Part shown: piece by piece, positions 56,954 through 64,000 of the stretch
Position numbering within the stretch: position 1 is the first letter of the stretch
Layout of the letters: every line of letters begins with the position of its first letter
DNA from: an uncultured virus (IMG/VR IMGVR_UViG_3300038805_000284)
Lineage: Duplodnaviria; Heunggongvirae; Uroviricota; Caudoviricetes
Direction: 5' to 3' (one strand)
DNA length: 64,000 bases
IMG/VR virus record: IMGVR_UViG_3300038805_000284
The notes under the pieces: generated by a model
What the model was told of the DNA's origin: nothing
Databases searched by the model: none
Seen by the model: the letters and a program-made list of their open reading frames with translations, nothing else
Made by a program: the position numbers and the translations under genes

Positions 56954-58378
56954 CTAATCCAGGCTGATTAAAAGGTCAGATTCTATCAATCTAGCGTACT
57001 GATTTGGCCTTATGAGTATATCAGAAACGCCTTCATTCCCCTTAACCGAAAATTGAGAATAAATAAAATTATCCACACCAAAAAAACGTGACACCTCGGA
57101 ACTAATATCGAAAGTTTCCAGCGACTGCCCTAGTTTGTAATTGTTTACCGTATCTAAAACGATACCTCTAACACGGTCCAAAGCATCCGAAGGAGATCCT
57201 GCCAAAACTTTCAGTCTTCCAGAAATTTCAACATACACAGGTTGTGCCCACCTAAACAAGACATCCGAACCAATAAAGTACTTATCTGTTTGCTTAAAAT
57301 AAGAACTTATAATGTTCATCAAACCATTGTAAGTATAAGTAATCTTTAGATCATCTCCGATATTAGGCCTGTTTCCATTCTTTAACCACCGAATACTATC
57401 AGATCCTTTGTTACTGTATCCGTAAATCCCTTCACCCTTTGCCAAAACAAAATCGATACCATTTACGTAAGTAGTATTCGCAGTAACAGAAGATACAGAG
57501 ACTACGTTAATTAAGGGCTGGAAAGGGAGCACATTATCAACTGTGATACCTTTGAATGATGTTACGAAATCATGTTCAATAGGGGATTCCCCCATAACCC
57601 ACACATCAACGGCACCAACATCTGCCTCCCCTCTTTCCATGTACGCACTGTCACCGTACACTACATAGGCGTCCAAAACGTCACCTAAATTATCCAATAA
57701 CATGCTTTTCAAACCGTAGGGAGTTCCAATTTTAGACCCTTTAATTTGAAGCAAGTACCTTGCTACCAATTCCCTATTAGTCTCTACAGACTTCCCCTCA
57801 GTTGAAGGATCCTTATTAAAAACCTCATCAAAGGAAGTCATTGTCCTGGAAGGATCTGTAATCATATATGCGCCAACAGAAACTTCCCCTCCCGTAGGAA
57901 CACTTGCCACTTGCACATCAATCTCATAACGCTTTGAATCTGCGTTATAGTACTTCGAAGCCATATTCGCGTACATTGTCTTTTTCTCGGTTGTCCTGAA
58001 TTGTACGGAACTTCCATTTTCCATGCTAGAGACAGTTGAAATGGGAAAATTCAACGGTATTACTATATCAGAAGTCGGTGCAGTAGATCTTGAAAACGTA
58101 ACCGTGGCAATAGCACTTCTAGCACCGTAACGAACAACCCCCTCATTGTATACTAAGTCATCAAGATCATCGGGGAGTACTTTGTCGGCATTCGACAATG
58201 ACATTAGTTCTTTAAGGTATAAAAGTTTGTCATTCTGTTCTTCTAAAACTTCTGAAATAGGATCTATAAAAATATCCCTGAAAGGTCCAATCCTAGTATC
58301 AATAGATTTGTCACGCCTCTTTACAGAAGATGCTATCTTTTCAGAAAAATACTCAGATGTATCTTTTTTGATTATCAT
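56954..58378 (-). CDS. baseplate J/gp6-like wedge protein
   Basis: G.FRD.FIDP, LDDL....GV.R..A..A...VTF, G...ETN.EL..R, GT..G, GAVDVWV. Confidence 0.8.
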   Translation of the reverse strand: MIIKKDTSEYFSEKIASSVKRRDKSIDTRIGPFRDIFIDPISEVLEEQNDKLLYLKELMSLSNADKVLPDDLDDLVYNEGVVRYGARSAIATVTFSRSTAPTSDIVIPLNFPISTVSSMENGSSVQFRTTEKKTMYANMASKYYNADSKRYEIDVQVASVPTGGEVSVGAYMITDPSRTMTSFDEVFNKDPSTEGKSVETNRELVARYLLQIKGSKIGTPYGLKSMLLDNLGDVLDAYVVYGDSAYMERGEADVGAVDVWVMGESPIEHDFVTSFKGITVDNVLPFQPLINVVSVSSVTANTTYVNGIDFVLAKGEGIYGYSNKGSDSIRWLKNGNRPNIGDDLKITYTYNGLMNIISSYFKQTDKYFIGSDVLFRWAQPVYVEISGRLKVLAGSPSDALDRVRGIVLDTVNNYKLGQSLETFDISSEVSRFFGVDNFIYSQFSVKGNEGVSDILIRPNQYARLIESDLLISLD

Positions 58379-58815
58379 AAATCGCCTCCAACAATGCCAC
58401 TTAACGTAAATGTAGATCCGCTTTCAGTACGTACGTCAATAGACCAGGTAAAGTCTCTAGGATCTTCATAATCCTTTTCCATATCTACAGGTGTAAAAGT
58501 TTGAATAATCTCATCCAACCCTCTTTCGGAATAATCGTATTGAAGTTGGTTAAGGATTAATGTGTTTAACCCGTTCTTTACTTTTGATTGAAAATCGAAT
58601 GCAATAGGCATCATTGCATATTCGGACATTTCAGACATAGAATCTACGCCCGCAATAGAATCTAAACCGCAACCGATACCTGTACTTCTTCTAGTATCCG
58701 TAGTAAGAACCATAGAAACATCTTGTTTTGTTTTTTCTAGCCCTGATAAGGTAGAGTACCCATAACCCCTACTATCCCTAACCATATCGCCGTCTTTCCA
58801 CTTCAAAGTATCCAT
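58375..58815 (-). CDS. baseplate wedge gp25/W-like protein
   Basis: DGD......GLEKTKQD..L.T.....G.GL, DPR; directly upstream of the baseplate J-like gene. Confidence 0.6.
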   Translation of the reverse strand: MDTLKWKDGDMVRDSRGYGYSTLSGLEKTKQDVSMVLTTDTRRSTGIGCGLDSIAGVDSMSEMSEYAMMPIAFDFQSKVKNGLNTLILNQLQYDYSERGLDEIIQTFTPVDMEKDYEDPRDFTWSIDVRTESGSTFTLSGIVGGDL

Positions 58816-58827
58816 AAGATATTCCCT

Positions 58828-59367
58828 TTAATAACTGTGAGGATCGAAATAATCCCGTTCAGTAATAACGTATGCCGCATCATCCATTACATCTAAGATT
58901 GCTAATAATGTAACTTTAACGCCCATCCAATACGTTATCAGTTTATCATAATAAGAAACGATACTAACCATTTCCATATACTTATCTGCCATAGGAAAAC
59001 CGTATGCAGACAAAGATTCAGTAACCCCGATCAAAGGTTCAACAAAATAACTAAAAAGCTCAGGACAAGTATCTGAAAATTCATCGGGAATTTTCCCAAT
59101 AACTGAATTCTTAAAATCTCCAATATATTCTTCAACATATTTCCAAAGCCTTTCCCGAAACATTAGTATGGGATCGTACTGAATCAGTATAGCACGTAAC
59201 TGCATTATTTTTGTATCCACAAGTAATAAAAGAGTCTCCACAAGTTTGCGCAATCTTTGCAGCGCATCGTGTGTCAATCCGTAAATATGTGTCAGTACGC
59301 ATTTGGCAACAGGTGCTGCCGGTGCCAGAAGTATAGCATCTATAGTGTCTTTGGTATCTTGGTCCAT
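58828..59367 (-). CDS. hypothetical helical protein
   Basis: 179-aa ORF in the baseplate operon. Confidence 0.65.
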   Translation of the reverse strand: MDQDTKDTIDAILLAPAAPVAKCVLTHIYGLTHDALQRLRKLVETLLLLVDTKIMQLRAILIQYDPILMFRERLWKYVEEYIGDFKNSVIGKIPDEFSDTCPELFSYFVEPLIGVTESLSAYGFPMADKYMEMVSIVSYYDKLITYWMGVKVTLLAILDVMDDAAYVITERDYFDPHSY

Positions 59368-59371
59368 TTCC

Positions 59372-60598
59372 TTACAACCCCTTTACCAATGTTGTAGAAT
59401 TGCTTGAAAGGGCGCTAACAAGCATTGTAGCAGCCGTAGAAGCAGCGGTGAATGCAGGGTTAGGGGCAATGGCGTTTAAGGCCATCAAAGCAGCGCTAGC
59501 GCCTGTAAAGTATATTGACCATTGGGCAGAAAAATCAGGCGGAACTTTCAATAAAGGAAGTGCAGCCGGTCCCCCCAAAGTGACGTTTCCGGTAAGTTTA
59601 ATGTCCGGTGAAGTCAAGTCGAATCCCTGGCTGGAAGTAATGTCAAAACTTTTGTTTAAAACACTCCAATCAGATAACGGGGATTTGTATTCCCGTTTGA
59701 TAGCCAGATTAGATTCCATTAAATAATTACCAAAACTGTCAATAGTCTCTTCATGAACCTTTATGGTACCGCTTCTATCCATGAAGTATTCATGCTTCCT
59801 AACGGGGTTACCTAAACTGGATACTTTAAGCATGTTAACCCCTGCCTTCTCTTCCGTAACGTCACCTATAGAATGGAATGCAAGCGGCGATTCTGTGGCC
59901 GGGGAATTTGGCCAATTCACTGAAACCGTATACTCTTGAGAATTGGTGTTGCCACGTCCCGAAGGGACTATGGATTCTTCAAAATCAATCGGTAATAACT
60001 TACGCTTAACGGTCCCGGACAATACACGCACATTACCCGGTTCAAAAACCAAAGTATTTGTACTAAGCGTTATATCAGCATTGTTTGAATCCATTGTGAT
60101 AGAGCAATTGTTTGAACCTATTCTTGCACGATCACTCAAGGTAAGGTATGAACCGCTACTTGATCTAAAATCCCAATCACCGGACTTCAATTCCTTATGA
60201 GAAGCGTCTCCCCAGGAAATACCACCTTCACCCTTCTTAACGGAGTCGGCATCCCTAAGTTTCATTTCACGGTAATCTAAAGAATAGTAACCTAAAGCAA
60301 ATGCCGAACTGTTGTTCTCGAAAGCAATTAACAAAATGTCCCCAACATGAGGAATATATCTACCCCACGATGAAGATTTCCAATCAGAGATCCCGTCACC
60401 ACCCAAAGGAACAGACAAGCCTAACAGGGGGAAATTTACTCGCAAAGATAATGGAAGTTTTTCAAAAAGAACTTGACAAGTACCATTATCCAAATAAACA
60501 TCCGTAACAGTCGCCTTATGAATCGAACCCATCATCTCGGCATGTTGCTGTTTACGCCTAGAAATAGAGCCTGCTTTTGGTAAAATCCTATTGTGCAT
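59372..60598 (-). CDS. baseplate central spike (gpV/gp5-like) protein
   Basis: N-terminal OB-like A.VTDV...G...V, P.VGD.LLIAF; beta-rich C-terminus IKLTGNVTLGG. Confidence 0.6.
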   Translation of the reverse strand: MHNRILPKAGSISRRKQQHAEMMGSIHKATVTDVYLDNGTCQVLFEKLPLSLRVNFPLLGLSVPLGGDGISDWKSSSWGRYIPHVGDILLIAFENNSSAFALGYYSLDYREMKLRDADSVKKGEGGISWGDASHKELKSGDWDFRSSSGSYLTLSDRARIGSNNCSITMDSNNADITLSTNTLVFEPGNVRVLSGTVKRKLLPIDFEESIVPSGRGNTNSQEYTVSVNWPNSPATESPLAFHSIGDVTEEKAGVNMLKVSSLGNPVRKHEYFMDRSGTIKVHEETIDSFGNYLMESNLAIKREYKSPLSDWSVLNKSFDITSSQGFDLTSPDIKLTGNVTLGGPAALPLLKVPPDFSAQWSIYFTGASAALMALNAIAPNPAFTAASTAATMLVSALSSNSTTLVKGL

Positions 60599-63291
60599 TA
60601 CCTTTTCACTTTTTCCATAAGTTTTGCCAAGTTAAATGGGCCGTCCGTACCACCAAAATGCTTAAAAATCTTAGAGTTATCCTTCGGATCAAAATCCCCG
60701 TCCCATGCACGGACATGGTTTATTGAAATGTTTGTTGATACGCTTGAATCCCATGCCAAAGTGTGGTCCATCCCGATAGTATTTCCGTAACATTCACGGT
60801 GTACCCAATAAACCGGCCTATTAACCATTAACCCAAATTTGGGCAAAGTGTCAATACTTAATGATCTGGCTTCCGAATTTATCACGCTCAATTGAAGCCT
60901 GGCATACATTTCAGCAGCATCCACACCGGCAACAAACCCCCACGGATCACCTTCCCCGACCCTGGAACCTAAAATCTGCGTCAAGTGCACATCTGTTGCA
61001 TAAACGTGATCCTTTACGCCTTCACTTCCTTCCATGATTCCCCAAAAGTTTACCCATTTTGGCAAACACCTGTACCGAGTAATCAAACCGGAATCAGAAA
61101 AGCTATTAGAATACCCCATTTGATCATCTTTAGTAATAACAAACTCCCTGTTATAAGGGTATGTCAAATGGTGGAATAAGTATTTTTCAGGGATATTTTC
61201 TAAAGTGTCTACTGTAGTTTCAGATTCTTCGCTGCCTTTCTTTTTTCTTTTCTTTTTCTTTTCACCTTTCTTCTTATTAGATATTGCATCAAAGTATTCA
61301 CTCCAATCTGTTATTTCAGGCTGGTCATCTTTGTACTTAACAGAAGGGTCAAAGAAATCTTGAGGATCATAATCGTAAAAAGGCATTTCAAATACAATAT
61401 CGCCTTTAGGGGTTGCATAAAATCTAAAATCCATATTACTTGCCAGATCATAAATAAACGTCAAACGATCATAAAACACTACGTTCATTGCAAAATTAGA
61501 ATTAAACCCCTTATCATAACCACTGGCGCCAAACAACGAAGCCATCCTTGCAGGGGCCATATAAAAAACACGTCCGCCACCAACAGGGTAGTTTTCTATG
61601 TCAGTACCGATTTCATAAATAACTTGATCAATCGTCTTGGTAATGTCGTAAGAGGATTCGGCTAAATCTCCGTACCTGTAAGATATGCCATCATCACCCT
61701 CTTTTCGCATCCATGCAATATCGCTAGGCCTTACCCTGTGGTGGATAATTTCATTCCAGTCCCCGAGCCTCCCTTTTTCAATAACTACAGGATCATGCGT
61801 CTTATCTGTAATGTCAGGTTCCCCATATACAACTACCGTAACCCCAAAATCCTTATTTCTTCTTTTAAACTTTACTAACCTTTCCTCAAGAAAAGGTGCA
61901 ACAGCCGAAACAGCAGGAAACTGCATTCGGTTCAAATTTTCTCCAAACTGAGTCTTTAAGTAACTCCTAACATCATCTGCGACACTATCAAATTCTAACG
62001 GTTTGTCCTCATCTTTAATGTTCATACCCTCCACAAAAGACTCAAAACCTATTCCATAACTATTATCGAAAAAGTATTTCAACTCCTTATAAGTCAAACC
62101 CTTCATGGAATTTACCATATTAAAGGCAGAACTTTTTGCAAACTCCCTGGTAGATTCTGTTCCGTAAAAAATAGATTCAAGAACCTCGAACACGGTCATT
62201 CTTGAAAATTTGTTCTCATAAACGCTCGGATCAATCCTGCTAATGTTCTCATCATACGCACCGTCAACTACAAAATCCTCATCTCTAGCCTTAACACCTT
62301 CTGCCAAAACAGAATACCTGGCCATCTTTGTGACATCTGTGCAAAAAATATCAATGCTACTGCTCATGTTCACGTCACAAGATTCTGAACAAGAATCCAC
62401 AAACCCGGTGAACATCCAATACCATCGTTTAGGATCAAAGGGATCCCTGAAAGCCACCCTAACAGGATCATTAGGGTGGAAAATAGTATCCCCAAGCATC
62501 ATTGGGTAAGTGTATATCATCTTTTCTTTCAGTTTATTGAAAGACTCTTCATCATTGAAGTCTAAATCAGATAATTGCCTCAATACAACATTTGATGTAA
62601 ACTTGATCTTCTTGTTAATTATTGACCGCTTTATGCTTCCCGGTATTCCTGCATCTACGTTTGCTATGAATTCGGTTTTTGGGTTAAATCTATCATTATT
62701 ATAATTTTCTTTATACTTTCTTGCTTTGCTTTCTATATCTGCCTTAGCAGCATCTATTAAAGCATCATAAGATTCACTGCTTAGTGCCGATTTCTTGTTC
62801 CTGTTCAAAAGAGCTTGAATGATAAGTCTGATTTCATCATTCGTTTTGCCTACAAAACTTTTTGCAAGTCTCTGAATTGTCTCGGGATCGCTAATCGTAA
62901 GGTATTGATTCTTTTTCTTCAATACTTTTTCAACTGCTTTAATTTCGCTCAAAATAACATCGGGCGGAACCATAGTTGCTAAAGCACTCTTTTCGTAATT
63001 CTCTTTAGCCTTCGTTGCCCAATCCTTAGCTTTTTCTGCCCATGCAACCTTAGCAGCTCCCTTAACTTCCCCTATCTTATAAATATCCTCTTTTGTAATA
63101 ACGTAATCATCTCTAACATTTGCCAACGTAATGCTACAAGTTGACGGGGATCGTTCCACCGAACCACCAGTCTGATTGATACGGACACTTAAAACATCCG
63201 CAGAAACCTCTTTCCCAAAAATAAACACACGCGCTTTAGGGAAAGCAACCTTGTTCATTGAAGTTTCGTTAAGGAACTGAAAACTACTCAT
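60598..63291 (-). CDS. baseplate hub (gp27-like) protein
   Basis: CSITL.N, F.PNDPVRV, FTGFVD, I.C.D..K, FYATPKGDIVF.MP.YD; upstream of the spike gene. Confidence 0.65.
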   Translation of the reverse strand: MSSFQFLNETSMNKVAFPKARVFIFGKEVSADVLSVRINQTGGSVERSPSTCSITLANVRDDYVITKEDIYKIGEVKGAAKVAWAEKAKDWATKAKENYEKSALATMVPPDVILSEIKAVEKVLKKKNQYLTISDPETIQRLAKSFVGKTNDEIRLIIQALLNRNKKSALSSESYDALIDAAKADIESKARKYKENYNNDRFNPKTEFIANVDAGIPGSIKRSIINKKIKFTSNVVLRQLSDLDFNDEESFNKLKEKMIYTYPMMLGDTIFHPNDPVRVAFRDPFDPKRWYWMFTGFVDSCSESCDVNMSSSIDIFCTDVTKMARYSVLAEGVKARDEDFVVDGAYDENISRIDPSVYENKFSRMTVFEVLESIFYGTESTREFAKSSAFNMVNSMKGLTYKELKYFFDNSYGIGFESFVEGMNIKDEDKPLEFDSVADDVRSYLKTQFGENLNRMQFPAVSAVAPFLEERLVKFKRRNKDFGVTVVVYGEPDITDKTHDPVVIEKGRLGDWNEIIHHRVRPSDIAWMRKEGDDGISYRYGDLAESSYDITKTIDQVIYEIGTDIENYPVGGGRVFYMAPARMASLFGASGYDKGFNSNFAMNVVFYDRLTFIYDLASNMDFRFYATPKGDIVFEMPFYDYDPQDFFDPSVKYKDDQPEITDWSEYFDAISNKKKGEKKKKRKKKGSEESETTVDTLENIPEKYLFHHLTYPYNREFVITKDDQMGYSNSFSDSGLITRYRCLPKWVNFWGIMEGSEGVKDHVYATDVHLTQILGSRVGEGDPWGFVAGVDAAEMYARLQLSVINSEARSLSIDTLPKFGLMVNRPVYWVHRECYGNTIGMDHTLAWDSSVSTNISINHVRAWDGDFDPKDNSKIFKHFGGTDGPFNLAKLMEKVKR

Positions 63292-63968
63292 TATTCAAGT
63301 TTCCCTTCTTCATACGTATCGATAGGATTGTTAACGAACATGCTTAAGTTTGTTGTCGCCACTCTATAAATCTCATCTAAAGGCGGGTATGAAGCCCTAA
63401 CCGTAAAACCGAAGCTGTAATTAACACTGTTCGGATTCATTGCATCGTCTGTGAAATCAAGAACACGGCTAAAGTGCCCCTCAAAAATTACAAAAGTATT
63501 TCCAAAAGTCGGCGTACTGTACGAAATGTAATAAGTAATGGGATCGCCGGTTTCAGGGTCAATTAAGGGTTCGCGTGTTAAAGAATACAGGTTAAGGAAG
63601 TTTGCCAACTTTGCAGAACCGGACCCTATGTAATCATTTGAAGCGATTTTTACCTGAGACTCTAAAGAATCGTTATGGTACATTTTCCTGGAAAGATCAT
63701 TCAATTTACTGAACGGCCTTCTATTTTCCTTACCCTTCTTCTCCCTTACAATGTCCCCAATTGCAGTAAACACCTTAGAAGCACCTTTACGGACTAGACC
63801 TGCCTTTAGGTTAATGTTACCGGTTTGTCCGGAAAACTCCATCTCCAAGATACCGTTATTCCTACCGTCCCTGTTTGTCCAATGGTAAAATACAGCACCA
63901 CCTTGGGTATATTGTTGCGTAATACGCTTGGATTGACTAAAAGACACACTAGACGGGTTAACCATCAT
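63291..63968 (-). CDS. tail/baseplate protein (tube-initiator-like)
   Basis: VNPSSVSFSQSKRI....TQGG....W, FSGQTG, F.GHF...F.D....P....YSF.F. Confidence 0.6.
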   Translation of the reverse strand: MMVNPSSVSFSQSKRITQQYTQGGAVFYHWTNRDGRNNGILEMEFSGQTGNINLKAGLVRKGASKVFTAIGDIVREKKGKENRRPFSKLNDLSRKMYHNDSLESQVKIASNDYIGSGSAKLANFLNLYSLTREPLIDPETGDPITYYISYSTPTFGNTFVIFEGHFSRVLDFTDDAMNPNSVNYSFGFTVRASYPPLDEIYRVATTNLSMFVNNPIDTYEEGKLE

Positions 63969-64000
63969 GGAAACACCTCTAATTTTCTTATTTTGCCTGT

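Noticed and set aside
1..64000. Stop-codon reassignment as seen in some large phages
   Set aside because: Genes are full length and densely packed in code 11, and TAA, TAG and TGA all terminate genes at tight junctions.
1..64000. tRNA/rRNA genes, reverse transcriptase or diversity-generating retroelement
   Set aside because: No cloverleaf/T-loop pattern in the few intergenic gaps, and no RT motifs or template/variable repeat pair noticed by eye; tRNAscan and a self-dotplot would be needed to exclude them fully.

Overview
This window is part of a large, AT-rich tailed phage genome, most likely a contractile-tailed myovirus-type large or jumbo phage, read in the standard code 11. It has four blocks. 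(i) 1-4273 is a plus-strand early/accessory cluster: ArdC-like antirestriction gene, a duplicated Zn-ribbon protein, an HTH+ankyrin-like protein and small hypotheticals, with repeated regulatory elements. Everything else is on the minus strand. (ii) 4270-11663 holds an RNA ligase, a Dam-like methylase and a class II (B12) ribonucleotide reductase with two inteins. (iii) 11747-21691 is a cluster of Arg-rich/acidic, low-complexity proteins with a recurrent basic-x-A motif (putative processed internal head proteins) plus DUF192. (iv) 22274-46752 is a bacterial-style replication/recombination module: RusA, SbcCD, RecA, SSB-like, DnaX, family A polymerase, beta-clamp, sigma-like, DnaG, DnaB, DnaC-like, SNF2, ThyX-like and a 5'-3' exonuclease-UDG fusion. 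A baseplate/tail-fibre module follows at 46837-63968. The most striking anomaly is a 939-bp GC-rich mosaic segment (DUF4815-like tail-fibre piece plus a Lar-like Zn-ribbon piece) sitting in frame near the 3' end of the RNA ligase gene, bracketed by a duplicated ATG; it is either a real capture event or an assembly chimera. No tRNA, rRNA or CRISPR array was recognised. All family assignments come from motif recognition by eye, not database searches.
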